DNA of 64,000 nucleotides from Bacteroidales bacterium H5. GTDB taxonomy: Bacteria; Bacteroidota; Bacteroidia; Bacteroidales; Muribaculaceae. Every line of letters starts with the position of its first letter. The first letter of the stretch is position 1. The stretch covers positions 73,950 through 137,949 of the forward strand of contig DAAQ01000021.1 of the NCBI GenBank assembly GCA_001701225.1, in the 5' to 3' direction. Below are positions 12,242-22,405 of this stretch, one piece after another. A program made the position numbers and the translations under genes. The notes below the pieces were generated by a model. That model was not told the origin of the DNA. It ran no database searches and saw nothing but the letters and a program-made list of their open reading frames with translations.

Positions 12242-12298
12242 CAGTGTCAAAATCTCACAAATCAACCCCGAAAATCCCTCAATTCCTCCCCCAACGCA

Positions 12299-14506
12299 AT
12301 GATACATACAGTGGTTAAACGCGACGGTCGCGTCGTAGGTTATAACGAAGAGAAAATCAAGGCAGCCATCCGCAAGGCCATGCTCACCACAGAGGCCGGC
12401 GAGGATGAGGCACTCATATCGCGCATCGCCGACATCATCACCATGACCGGTCCCGGCCAGATGACTGTCGAGGAGATCCAGGACCGCGTAGAGCTTGAGC
12501 TGATGAACTCGCCCCGCAAGGAGGTAGCCAAGAAATATATCGCCTATCGCGACCAGCGCTCAATCGCGCGCCGCGCCAAGACCCGCGACATGTTCCTGGA
12601 GATTATCGAGGCCAAGAGCAACGACATCACCCGCGAGAACGCGAACATGAACACCGACTCGCCCGCGGGCATGATGATGAAGTTTGCCAGCGAGACTACA
12701 AAGCCGTTTGTCGACGACTACCTGCTCTCGCCCGAGGTACGCGAGGCAGTCAACGGGGGGTATCTCCACATACACGACAAAGACTATTATCCCACCAAGA
12801 GCCTCACCTGCGTGCAGCATCCGCTCGACCGCATCCTCAAATACGGTTTCGTGGCCGGACATGGCGAGTCGCGCCCTGCCAAGCGTATCGAGACAGCCAG
12901 CATCATAGGATGTATCTCGCTCGAGACCGCACAGAACGAGATGCACGGCGGCCAGGCTATCCCCGCGTTCGATTTCTATCTGGCGCCGTTTGTACGCTCG
13001 TCGTTCGTCGAGGAGATAAAGAAGCTCGAGGAACTCACCGGGCTCGACCTGAAACATCTGTATGACGTGGAGCTGAAGGACTATATCAAGGCTCCCGTCG
13101 ACGGGCTTGAGGGGGAGGCCCGCTATCTGCAGCATGCCGTCAACCAGACTGTCAGCCGTGTGCATCAGTCGATGGAGGCGTTCATACACAACATGAACAC
13201 CATCCACTCGCGCGGAGGCAATCAGGTTGTATTCAGCTCGATAAACTATGGTACCGACACCTCGGCCGAGGGACGATGCATCATACGCGAGCTGCTGAAC
13301 TCGACATACGAGGGCGTAGGCAACGGCGCCACCGCCATCTTCCCGATACAGATATGGAAGAAGAAGCGTGGGGTGAGCTATCTCCCCGAAGACCCCAACT
13401 ATGACCTCTACAAGCTGGCATGCAAGGTGACAGCACGCCGTTTCTTCCCCAATTTCGTCAACCTCGACGCCACATTCAACCAACATGAGAAGTGGAACGC
13501 CAACGACCCCGAACGCTATAAGTATGAGGTCGCTACAATGGGATGCCGCACACGTGTCTTCGAAAACCGTTATGGCGAGAAGACATCCATCGGCCGTGGC
13601 AACATCAGCTTCTCGACAATCAACATCGTGCGTCTCGCCATCGAGTGCATGGAGATTGCCGATGAACCCGAGCGCATCGACGCATTCTTCGCCAAGCTCG
13701 ACAAGGTGCTCGACATCACGGCACGTCAGCTGTGCGAGCGTTTCGATTTCCAGAAGACAGCCATGGCCAAGCAGTTTCCGCTGCTCATGTCGCGTCTGTG
13801 GAACGGTGCGGAGAAACTGGGCCCCAACGACACCATCGAGAGCGTAATCAACCAGGGTACGCTCGGAATCGGTTTCATAGGTCTGGCAGAGTGTCTTATC
13901 GCACTTGTCGGCAAGCATCACGGTGAGTCGGAGAGGGCTCAGGAGCTTGGCCTCCGCATCGTGTCGCACATGCGCGAGAAGGTCAACGGATACAGCGAGA
14001 AATATCAGCACAATTTCTCTGTGCTCGCCACTCCGGCCGAGGGGCTTTCGGGCAAGTTCACACGCCGCGACCGCCACACCTTCGGCGTCATCCCGGGCGT
14101 GACGGACAAGGACTACTACACCAACTCAAACCATGTCCCCGTCTATTACAAGTGCTCGCCGCGCCACAAGGCCGAGGTCGAGGCTCCCTATCACGCACTG
14201 ACGGGTGGTGGCCATATCTTCTATGTCGAGATTGACGGCGATGCCACACACAACCCCAAGGCCATTAGTGACATTGTAGACCTGATGGACCGGTATAACA
14301 TCGGCTATGGCTCGGTCAACCATAACCGCAACCGCTGCATGGACTGCGGATATGAGGACGCGCAGGAGGGGCTGACAGAATGTCCCAACTGCCACAGCCA
14401 CCATATCGACAGCATCCAGCGCATCACCGGCTATCTTGTCGGCACCACAGACCGCTGGAACAGTGCCAAGCTGGCCGAGCTCAAGGATCGTGTCGTACAC
14501 AGATGA
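12299..14506 (+). CDS. nrdD: Anaerobic (class III) ribonucleoside-triphosphate reductase
   Basis: N-terminal ATP cone (VVKRDG), MGCRT, ATPAEGLSG, CxxC..CxxC Zn site, RITGYL glycyl-radical motif. Confidence 0.97.
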   Translation: MIHTVVKRDGRVVGYNEEKIKAAIRKAMLTTEAGEDEALISRIADIITMTGPGQMTVEEIQDRVELELMNSPRKEVAKKYIAYRDQRSIARRAKTRDMFLEIIEAKSNDITRENANMNTDSPAGMMMKFASETTKPFVDDYLLSPEVREAVNGGYLHIHDKDYYPTKSLTCVQHPLDRILKYGFVAGHGESRPAKRIETASIIGCISLETAQNEMHGGQAIPAFDFYLAPFVRSSFVEEIKKLEELTGLDLKHLYDVELKDYIKAPVDGLEGEARYLQHAVNQTVSRVHQSMEAFIHNMNTIHSRGGNQVVFSSINYGTDTSAEGRCIIRELLNSTYEGVGNGATAIFPIQIWKKKRGVSYLPEDPNYDLYKLACKVTARRFFPNFVNLDATFNQHEKWNANDPERYKYEVATMGCRTRVFENRYGEKTSIGRGNISFSTINIVRLAIECMEIADEPERIDAFFAKLDKVLDITARQLCERFDFQKTAMAKQFPLLMSRLWNGAEKLGPNDTIESVINQGTLGIGFIGLAECLIALVGKHHGESERAQELGLRIVSHMREKVNGYSEKYQHNFSVLATPAEGLSGKFTRRDRHTFGVIPGVTDKDYYTNSNHVPVYYKCSPRHKAEVEAPYHALTGGGHIFYVEIDGDATHNPKAISDIVDLMDRYNIGYGSVNHNRNRCMDCGYEDAQEGLTECPNCHSHHIDSIQRITGYLVGTTDRWNSAKLAELKDRVVHR

Positions 14507-14991
14507 GAGTGATAGATATAGTCCCGGGCACGACAGTCGACGGCCCGGGACTTCGCACGTCCATATATTTTGCCGGATGCACGCACGGTTGTCCGGGATG
14601 CCATAACCCGCAGACCCACGACCCCGCGGCAGGGCGCGAGATGTCTGAGGACGAGATTGTCGCCGAGGTCGAGCGAAACGGTTTTGATGTCACATTCACA
14701 GGTGGCGACCCGCTTTTCCAGGTTGAAGCTCTGTGCAGTCTGGCCGCACGTCTCCGCTCGCTCGGCTACGGGCTGTGGTGCTACACGGGATATACCTACG
14801 GGCATATTGCCTCAGACCCGCGTCTGTCGTCCATCCTCCGGCATATAGATGTGCTTGTTGACGGGCCGTTCATACAGTCGCAGCGCGATGTCAGCCTCCT
14901 ATTCCGTGGTTCCGCAAACCAGCGCCTGATTTCCGTACGCCACTCCACCCCGGGCCACATCGTAACCTATGAAGAAACAGAGGATTTCTGA
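14503..14991 (+). CDS. nrdG: Anaerobic RNR activating radical-SAM enzyme
   Basis: DGPGLR, CTHGCPGCHN, GGDP, DVLVDGPF, FRGSANQR; overlaps the nrdD stop. Confidence 0.95.
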   Translation: MRVIDIVPGTTVDGPGLRTSIYFAGCTHGCPGCHNPQTHDPAAGREMSEDEIVAEVERNGFDVTFTGGDPLFQVEALCSLAARLRSLGYGLWCYTGYTYGHIASDPRLSSILRHIDVLVDGPFIQSQRDVSLLFRGSANQRLISVRHSTPGHIVTYEETEDF

Positions 14992-14993
14992 GA

Positions 14994-15695
14994 TCAATAT
15001 GTCAATGCAAGAGACAATACGCTGAGTCTGGCTGAGGGCTCGGCGTTTTTTATTGTGTCGAGGGCCGAGACCATTGTCGAGCCTGTGGTGATGACGTCAT
15101 CGACGACGAGTATGTGGCGTCCGGCAAGCTCGCGCGGACGTAAGACCGAGAATGTTCCGGCTGCGTTGACGCGGCGTGCTTCCGCTCCCTTGCGCGCTTG
15201 TGCGGAGTGAGGACGGGATGCGCGCAGATTGTCCCAGACCTCAATCCCCGTCACATCACTGATGCCGCGGGCTATGTAGTGTGTCTGGTTATAGCCTCGC
15301 GAGAGGAATCTGAAAAGATGAATCGGGACGGGAATAATCAAGTCTATCCCGTCAAAGAAACCTGTCGGCTTAAGCTCGGTGGCAAACATCCGGGCGAGCT
15401 TGCGCCCTATCGAGGGTCTGCCACGATATTTTGCTCCCTTTATAAGCCGCGAGTAGGGATTTTCCCTATGATAGTGGAACAGCGACGCGCATCGCTCGAG
15501 CGGCGCGTGGAGCGATATGAGGCGTGTGTGGATGTCGTTGGGCTGACGCAGGTGCTGGTTGGTGCGCGGGAGGTCGATGAGACAGCCGAGGCACATCACA
15601 TCCTCGCCGCTCACGAGCGGCCGGCCGCATACGGCGCATACGCGCGGGAAAAGTATGTCGGCGACGAGAGAGCCGAGCTCGGCAAGCCTATTCAT
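14994..15695 (-). CDS. comF: ComF family amidophosphoribosyltransferase-like protein
   Basis: FPRVCAVC..CLGC Zn ribbon, PVPIH..RGYNQ, VVDDVITTGST PRT motif. Confidence 0.88.
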   Translation of the reverse strand: MNRLAELGSLVADILFPRVCAVCGRPLVSGEDVMCLGCLIDLPRTNQHLRQPNDIHTRLISLHAPLERCASLFHYHRENPYSRLIKGAKYRGRPSIGRKLARMFATELKPTGFFDGIDLIIPVPIHLFRFLSRGYNQTHYIARGISDVTGIEVWDNLRASRPHSAQARKGAEARRVNAAGTFSVLRPRELAGRHILVVDDVITTGSTMVSALDTIKNAEPSARLSVLSLALTY

Positions 15696-16176
15696 CGGCC
15701 TCGCGGACAAGCCGGTTGATGATCTGCGATACCAGACGTGCCTCGAATCCGCGTTGCACGCCGAAGCGCATCACCTTCATGCGGTTCTCGTAGGTCGAGA
15801 GTCCTTCGGGAAGGCTGCGTACCTTTGAGCGGATGACGCGTCTTGCGATGTCGTTATATTCCTCCTCGTCAAGTTCGTCGCACGATGCCTCGATGTACTC
15901 TCGTCCGAGGCGTTTGGCCCACAGTCCCTGCAGAATCTTGTTGCGTCCCCATCCGCTGTATGCCATCTTGTCGTGGGCATACGCGCGGGCAAAGCGCATG
16001 TCATCGAGATAGCGCGTCTGGCGGAGCCGTTCGATGATTTTTGCTGTGTCTGAGGCCGGGATTCCCCATGCCGCGAGCTTCCTGATGATGTCGGGAGAGC
16101 ACTGCTCGCACTTGTCGCAGAGGGCGGCAGCGCGTGCCAGCGCCTCGGCAGGGGTGAGTATCTTGCGCGGTCTCAT
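15688..16176 (-). CDS. recX: RecX family regulatory protein
   Basis: CDKCEQC..DIIRKL, YLDDMRFARAYAHDK..GWGRNKI, QRGFE. Confidence 0.85.
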   Translation of the reverse strand: MRPRKILTPAEALARAAALCDKCEQCSPDIIRKLAAWGIPASDTAKIIERLRQTRYLDDMRFARAYAHDKMAYSGWGRNKILQGLWAKRLGREYIEASCDELDEEEYNDIARRVIRSKVRSLPEGLSTYENRMKVMRFGVQRGFEARLVSQIINRLVREADE

Positions 16177-17024
16177 GCCGGATGGATACCTTTGGCGAAA
16201 CGTTGCTTGCCGTGCATATCGGGGAGAATCTGCACGTCATCCCATCCTGTTTCCGTCATCATCCGTGACACCTGACGGGCAAAGAGAGGGTTAATCTCGA
16301 AATAGATTTTACCGCCGGGTCGTGTGACGCGAAACCCCTCGCGGGATATTGCCGTGTAGAACCTGAGAGGGTCGGAATCGGGAACGAACAGGGCCAGCCC
16401 GGGCTCATGGTCGAGCACGTTGGGCTCCATCTCCTTTTTCTCGCTCTCGGTGATGTAGGGCGGGTTGCTCACCACAATATCCATGCTCCCGTCGTCAAAG
16501 GGGAATTGGCCGAGGGCATCCGAATGCATGAACCCGACTTTCAGCTTGCGCAGGGAGGCATTCTCGCGGGCTACGGCAAGGGCCGCGTCCGAGATGTCTG
16601 TCCCCGTAACCTTAGAGAATGGAAGTGTGTTGGCGAGTGCCACGGCGATGCAGCCCGAGCCTGTGCATACATCGAGTACGTTGAGGTCGGGTGCTATATT
16701 CTCTGATGTAATCAAGTCGACAAGTTCGGATGTCTCCGGGCGGGGTATCAGCACATCAGGTGTGACCTTGAGTGTCATGCCGTGCCAGTAGGTCTCGCCG
16801 AGGATATATTGCAGGGGCTCGTTATCGAGCAGCCTGGCTATGATTGCATCGGCCTTTCCGGCTATGAAATCGCTCACCTCCTCGTCGGCACGCAGCAGTA
16901 GGTCGGCCTGCTTCCATCCCTTGAGGTATTCCATGATTATGCGCATCATCCAGTCGGCCTCGCCCTGTCCGTAGAGCGGGGCGAGACGTGCGCGGCCGTT
17001 GTCAAGCAGTTGTCTTAGTGTCAT
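16173..17024 (-). CDS. prmC: Release factor glutamine methyltransferase
   Basis: EPLQYILG, VLIPRPETSEL, LDVCTGSGCIA, VSNPPY. Confidence 0.93.
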   Translation of the reverse strand: MTLRQLLDNGRARLAPLYGQGEADWMMRIIMEYLKGWKQADLLLRADEEVSDFIAGKADAIIARLLDNEPLQYILGETYWHGMTLKVTPDVLIPRPETSELVDLITSENIAPDLNVLDVCTGSGCIAVALANTLPFSKVTGTDISDAALAVARENASLRKLKVGFMHSDALGQFPFDDGSMDIVVSNPPYITESEKKEMEPNVLDHEPGLALFVPDSDPLRFYTAISREGFRVTRPGGKIYFEINPLFARQVSRMMTETGWDDVQILPDMHGKQRFAKGIHPA

Positions 17025-18234
17025 CTTTAGAGAGAGGTAATTCGATTGAGAATGTTGTGCCTACCCCCGGTTCAGAGCGTTTAACATATATCTGGCCACC
17101 GTGATACTCCTCGATAATCCGCTTGGCCAGCGTGAGCCCGAGACCCCATCCGCGGCTCTTGGTGGTATATCCGGGGCTGAAGATATGTTTCTGTTTCTTG
17201 CGCGGGATTCCCTTGCCGGTGTCGGTGACGTCGATTACGGCCTTATCCTTCTCTGCATAGGCCCGGACGGTTATTGAGCCGCTCCCTTCCATGGCGTCTA
17301 CGGCGTTCTTGATGAGGTTCTCCATGACCCATTCGGTAAGAGGCGCCGAGAGCTTGACGGGCAATGGTACAGGCGAGGGGATGACCTCGAGCTTTATCTG
17401 ACGCGATATGCGCGTGGCCATATACTCGGCGGCTCCGGCAGCCACAAGTCCGAGGTCTCCGTCCTCCATCGAGGGGCGCGAGCCTATCTTGGAGAAACGA
17501 GACGCAATGGTAGAGAGGCGCTTGACATCCTTGTTCATCTCGGCCACGGTATCGTGGTCGACGCCGAGGTCTTCGAGCAGCTCCATCCATGCCATGAGCG
17601 ACGATATGGGGGTACCCAACTGGTGTGCAGTCTCCTTCGAGAGGCCGACCCATACCTTGTTCTGCTCGGCTCGTTTGGTCGACGAGACGGCATAATAGAC
17701 TATCAGCACGAACGCCAGGAGCACCAGCACCTGGACATAGGGATAATAGCTGATGGCTCTGAGCAGCTTGGAATCCTCGTAGTAGAGATATTGTCGCCCC
17801 GCCCCTCCCATCTCGATCTCTATGACGTTGGGGCCATCGCGAAGGTCGAGATATTTCTCCTCGAGGAATCGCTGGTTTGTCTCGGATATGAAGAACGGCG
17901 ACAATGAGTCAATAGGCTCGGGCAGCGTGAAATTGCGGTGCATCAGGATGTTGCCCGCACTGTCTGTGAGAAGGACAGGGATGTTGCTGTTCCCCTCGAT
18001 GATTGAGAGAAGGAAGTCCATCACCCCGGTCTGGCTGTCCGAGCCGTCGTCGGCCCCGACATTGACAATCTCGCGTGTGGCGTCGGCCCATATCTGCATA
18101 CGGGCGCGCTCCTGGACCGAGAGGTCTTTGACCAGGGAGTCGGAGAACAACAGGAATATACCGACAACGGCAACAGACACCACCAGAAAACCGATGATGC
18201 CGTATTGCCGTATGTCGTATATGCTACGGGCCAC
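17002..18234 (-). CDS. Membrane sensor histidine kinase (no adjacent response regulator)
   Basis: Two TM segments, KETAHQLGTP H-box, ENLIKNAVDA N-box, DTGKG, GWGLGL; GTG start. Confidence 0.9.
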   Translation of the reverse strand: MARSIYDIRQYGIIGFLVVSVAVVGIFLLFSDSLVKDLSVQERARMQIWADATREIVNVGADDGSDSQTGVMDFLLSIIEGNSNIPVLLTDSAGNILMHRNFTLPEPIDSLSPFFISETNQRFLEEKYLDLRDGPNVIEIEMGGAGRQYLYYEDSKLLRAISYYPYVQVLVLLAFVLIVYYAVSSTKRAEQNKVWVGLSKETAHQLGTPISSLMAWMELLEDLGVDHDTVAEMNKDVKRLSTIASRFSKIGSRPSMEDGDLGLVAAGAAEYMATRISRQIKLEVIPSPVPLPVKLSAPLTEWVMENLIKNAVDAMEGSGSITVRAYAEKDKAVIDVTDTGKGIPRKKQKHIFSPGYTTKSRGWGLGLTLAKRIIEEYHGGQIYVKRSEPGVGTTFSIELPLSKDDTKTTA

Positions 18235-18260
18235 TAAATGTGGTTGGTCAGTATGAGGTT

Positions 18261-19922
18261 TCAGTGCTTGTCGTCAGAAGCAAGGGCGTATCCCTGGCAT
18301 TTCTCGGCAATCTGGGTGAAGAAATCGTTGCCCTTGTCATCGACAAGTATGAAGGCGGGGAAATCCTCGACCTCAATCTTCCAGATGGCCTCCATGCCGA
18401 GTTCGGGATATTCAAGCAGCTCGACCTTCTTGATGCTGTTCTGTGCTAGGATGGCGGCAGGACCGCCGATAGAGCCGAGATAGAAGCCGCCGTGCTTGTG
18501 GCAGGCATCGGTCACCTGCTTGCTGCGGTTACCTTTGGCAATCATCACCATCGAGCCTCCGGCTGCCTGGAACTGGTCTACATACGAGTCCATACGCCCT
18601 GCCGTGGTGGGGCCGAATGAGCCCGAAGGCATTCCGGCAGGTGTCTTGGCAGGGCCGGCATAGTAGATGGGATGGTCCTTGAGGTACTGGGGCATGGGCT
18701 CGCCCTTGTCAAGACGCTCCTTGATCTTGGCGTGCGCTATGTCGCGGCCAACGATGATGGTGCCGTTGAGCGACAGGCGTGTCGAGACGGGATATTTGGT
18801 GAGCTCGGCGAGAATCTCGGGCATCGGGCGGTTGAGGTCAATCCTGACAACCTCACCTTCGCCCTGACGGCGATATTTCTCGGGGATGAGCTCGCCGGGG
18901 TTGGAGTCGAGTTTCTCGATCCAGATGCCGTCGCGGTTGATTTTTGCCTTGATGTTGCGGTCGGCCGAGCAAGATACGCCGATGCCGACGGGGCACGATG
19001 CACCGTGACGGGGCATGCGGATGACGCGGATGTCGTGGGCAAAATATTTGCCGCCGAACTGTGCGCCGAGGCCCAGACGCTCGGCCTCTGTCTTGAGCTG
19101 TGCCTCAAGCTCGCGGTCGCGGAATGCGTGACCAAGCTCGTTGCCGTGGTCGGGAAGCGAGTCGAGATACTTGACCGAGGCCTTCTTCACGACCTCGAGG
19201 TTCTTCTCAGCCGATGTGCCTCCCACGACGATGGCGATGTGGTATGGGGGACACGCGGCTGTGCCGAGGCTCTTCATCTTGCTCACAAGGAAGGGGACAA
19301 GTGTCGCCGGGTTTAGGATGGCCTTGGTCTCCTGGAAGAGATATGTCTTGTTGGCCGAGCCTCCTCCCTTTGCCACGAACAGGAACTTGTATTCGTCACC
19401 CTCGGTGGCGTGGATATCAATCTGGGCCGGCAGGTTGCAGCCTGTGTTGACCTCGTCGTACATGGTCAGGGGCGCGTTCTGCGAGTAGCGCAGGTTGTCG
19501 GTGGTATATGTGATGTAGACGCCCTTCGAGATTTTCTCCTCGTCGTTGCATCCTGTATATACGTTCTGGCCCTTCTCTCCGTGGCAGATGGCTGTGCCTG
19601 TATCCTGGCAGAAGGGGAGCTGACCCTTGGCGGCGACCTCGGCGTTGCGCAGCATGGTCAGCGCAACGAACTTGTCGTTCTCCGAAGCCTCGGGGTCAGA
19701 GAGGATTTTGGCCACCATGGCGTTGTGCTCGCGGCGGAGCATGAATGCGTTGTCGTGTGTGCAGGCGCGGGCAAGCACGGTAAGGGCCTCAGGGTCGACC
19801 ACGAGGAACTCGTGTCCTCCCCAGTTCTCGACCTTCACATAGTCTGAGGTCAGATGATAATACTCGGTGGTGTCAGGCCCCAGAGGGAACATCTCCTGAT
19901 ATTTAAAAGGTTTTGTCGCCAT
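18261..19922 (-). CDS. fumA: Fumarate hydratase, class I (Fe-S)
   Basis: [39 protein letters not shown]. Confidence 0.95.
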   Translation of the reverse strand: MATKPFKYQEMFPLGPDTTEYYHLTSDYVKVENWGGHEFLVVDPEALTVLARACTHDNAFMLRREHNAMVAKILSDPEASENDKFVALTMLRNAEVAAKGQLPFCQDTGTAICHGEKGQNVYTGCNDEEKISKGVYITYTTDNLRYSQNAPLTMYDEVNTGCNLPAQIDIHATEGDEYKFLFVAKGGGSANKTYLFQETKAILNPATLVPFLVSKMKSLGTAACPPYHIAIVVGGTSAEKNLEVVKKASVKYLDSLPDHGNELGHAFRDRELEAQLKTEAERLGLGAQFGGKYFAHDIRVIRMPRHGASCPVGIGVSCSADRNIKAKINRDGIWIEKLDSNPGELIPEKYRRQGEGEVVRIDLNRPMPEILAELTKYPVSTRLSLNGTIIVGRDIAHAKIKERLDKGEPMPQYLKDHPIYYAGPAKTPAGMPSGSFGPTTAGRMDSYVDQFQAAGGSMVMIAKGNRSKQVTDACHKHGGFYLGSIGGPAAILAQNSIKKVELLEYPELGMEAIWKIEVEDFPAFILVDDKGNDFFTQIAEKCQGYALASDDKH

Positions 19923-20025
19923 GGCGATGAAATTGTTGGTTATTGTCTATTGGTCTACAAAATTACATTTTTTTACGAAATCCCGTCCTCCTTATAATCA
20001 TAAAAAATCTTAACCCGGACTCCTG

Positions 20026-20883
20026 TCAGGTGGTGCGCAGTTTGTTGCGGTATTGGATCGGAGTCATCCCTGTCTGCTTGCGGAATATGCGGCAGAGATA
20101 TGACGGGTCGTCATAGTGCAGTCTTTCGGCAATCTCTTTGACAGAGAGGTCTGTAGTGTCGAGCAGAGTCTTTATGACCAGACAGAGCTGCAGCTTTATC
20201 TGTTCTTTTGCCGAGATGCCCGTATTACGTTTGATAATGATATTGAGGTAGTTGGGTGTCACGTTGAGGCGGTCGGCATAGTATGCCACATCGTGATGCC
20301 GGGCATAATGACGGTTGAGCAACGCGGTGAAGTCGTTGACGATACTCCACGCCCTGTTCTTCTGTGAGCTCACGCCAAGCAGTCCAAGACGCAACTCTAC
20401 CTGCTCGGCCATGATGAGGATGAAATTCTCGGCTTCGTTGTGCATCACGGCGGCACTTGTCTCAGGGGTACAAGCCCTTTCCATCCATTGCAGCAGCGAG
20501 AACCAGTGACGTACTGCCTCGGGCAATCCGTCAGAGAGAGGGAAAACGGGTGTGGTGTAGATGAAATCCCAGAATCTCTGGGATGTGACGAGAAATGATA
20601 TGTCCTGTGTCGTGTCGAAATCCATATCCAGGCACCGGGCCTCGAAATCGGGCGACGTCTCGATCGGAATCACGACCATATCGAATATGATGAATGACAT
20701 CATGCCTGCAGACATGGTGTATTCATGTGAGTTGACCGAGAGACGCGCACTCCCACGATTGCAAAGCATGACCGAGCAACCGTCAAGTGGCAATGGGCGT
20801 CCTGTGTCCCAGTCTCCATGTCTTATGGTGCCGACAGAGATCGGTATGCCCCGATTCTGCCCGGTGTCTGTTGTCCTGTTCAT
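20026..20883 (-). CDS. AraC family transcriptional regulator
   Basis: C-terminal HTH: VAYYADRLNVTPNYL ... SVKEIAERLHYDDPSYLCRIFRKQTGMTP; divergent from the MATE gene. Confidence 0.9.
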   Translation of the reverse strand: MNRTTDTGQNRGIPISVGTIRHGDWDTGRPLPLDGCSVMLCNRGSARLSVNSHEYTMSAGMMSFIIFDMVVIPIETSPDFEARCLDMDFDTTQDISFLVTSQRFWDFIYTTPVFPLSDGLPEAVRHWFSLLQWMERACTPETSAAVMHNEAENFILIMAEQVELRLGLLGVSSQKNRAWSIVNDFTALLNRHYARHHDVAYYADRLNVTPNYLNIIIKRNTGISAKEQIKLQLCLVIKTLLDTTDLSVKEIAERLHYDDPSYLCRIFRKQTGMTPIQYRNKLRTT

Positions 20884-21019
20884 CTCTGTATGGATATTTA
20901 CTGTATGATAACGTCTCGATAAGGCCGTTTGTTATAAAAAGTACCTTTTTTGTGATGGTTTGCACCTCTGTTTATACTCCGTTTTTGAGTAATTTTGCAG
21001 CCGGAAAAATAAAATAGAG

Positions 21020-22405
21020 ATGGATAGAGATAAACTTGATTTCGGGAATGGCAAGATCGGCCCGCTGTTCAGGGCGATGTTCTTCCCGACCCTGATAGGA
21101 ATGCTGTTCAATTCCGTGCTCAATATTTGTGACGGAATGTTCGTTGGCCACGGGGTAGGCAGCAATGCCCTCGCGGCTATAAATATTGTCGCGCCGGTGT
21201 TTCTCCTCTGCACCGGTATCGGACTGATGTTCGGCATAGGCGCCTCGGTTATCGGAGGCATCAGGCTGGCCGAAGGGAATGTCAAGGCCGCACGGATAAT
21301 AATGACGCAGGCATGTATAGCCGGAGCCTTGATATTCGGTCTTGTCGTTCTGGTGTCGTTGCTCTTCACACGTCCTCTGCTTTATCTGCTCGGGTGCAGT
21401 CCTGTCCTTGAGGAGCTTGCGACAGACTATCTTCTGTGGCTTCTGCCGGGACTTGTATTCTTCTATCTGCAATGTGCCGGGATGATGCTGATAAGGCTCG
21501 ACGGTTCGCCCAGGTATGCCATGAGCGTACAGATAGTGGCCGCTGTCGTCAACATATTTCTTGACTGGCTGATGGTGTTCCCGCTCGGGATGGGGATTAT
21601 GGGTGCCTCGGTGGCGACATCAATATCGTGCGCCATAGGTGGCCTGATGGTGCTGGCCTATTTCATCTTCTTTTCCGACAAGCTGAAATTCTACCGTCTC
21701 AGGCTTACGGCCAAATCCCTCAGGCTGTCGCTGCGCAACACGGGATATATGGCCCGGATCGGACTTGCGACGTTCATCGCCGAACTGGCCATGGGCATAA
21801 TGATGGTGACGGGCAACTATATGTTCATGTCCTATCTCGGCGAGGCCGGAGTGGCGGCTTTCAGTATCGGATGCTATCTGTTCCCGCTGATTTTCTCGAT
21901 AAATAATGCTGTCGCCCAGGCATCCCAGCCGATAATCAGCTATAATTATGGCGCGCGACGTCCCGACCGTGTCGGGCAGGCGTTGAGAATCGCCCTTGTG
22001 ACGGCATGCATCTGTGGCGCGATAATCACGCTCGGAATGTGGACGGGAGCGCCCCTGCTCGCAAGGATTTTCCTCGACCCGTCCGAGACGGCCTATTCCA
22101 TAGCTTCGGCAGGTCTCCCTGTGCTCGGGTTGTGTGCGCTGTTCTTTGCGCTTAACATCACCTTTATCGGCTATTACCAGAGCTGTGAGCAGGCAGGCCG
22201 ATCGATAGTCTACATGCTGCTTCGCGGTGTCATATTCATGATTCCGGGGTTCGTTGTCCTGCCGCATTTCTGGGGTGAGACAGGCCTGTGGCTTGCGATA
22301 CCGGTGTCCGAGATGCTGACCCTGGCGGTCATCGTGACATTCTATCTTGTCGGAAAGGCAAGGCGTATGGGGCGGCAGTCTCACACAGGGGTCACCGCAG
22401 GTTGA
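21020..22405 (+). CDS. MATE family efflux transporter
   Basis: About 12 TM segments; DGMFVGHGVG..ALAAINI, RLDGSP, NIFLDWL, QPIISYNYGA; TAATTTTG at 20990-20997. Confidence 0.92.
   Translation: MDRDKLDFGNGKIGPLFRAMFFPTLIGMLFNSVLNICDGMFVGHGVGSNALAAINIVAPVFLLCTGIGLMFGIGASVIGGIRLAEGNVKAARIIMTQACIAGALIFGLVVLVSLLFTRPLLYLLGCSPVLEELATDYLLWLLPGLVFFYLQCAGMMLIRLDGSPRYAMSVQIVAAVVNIFLDWLMVFPLGMGIMGASVATSISCAIGGLMVLAYFIFFSDKLKFYRLRLTAKSLRLSLRNTGYMARIGLATFIAELAMGIMMVTGNYMFMSYLGEAGVAAFSIGCYLFPLIFSINNAVAQASQPIISYNYGARRPDRVGQALRIALVTACICGAIITLGMWTGAPLLARIFLDPSETAYSIASAGLPVLGLCALFFALNITFIGYYQSCEQAGRSIVYMLLRGVIFMIPGFVVLPHFWGETGLWLAIPVSEMLTLAVIVTFYLVGKARRMGRQSHTGVTAG

Noticed and set aside
12090..12298. Cobalamin riboswitch or NrdR boxes upstream of nrdD
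   Set aside because: No B12-box or clear tandem NrdR consensus recognised.
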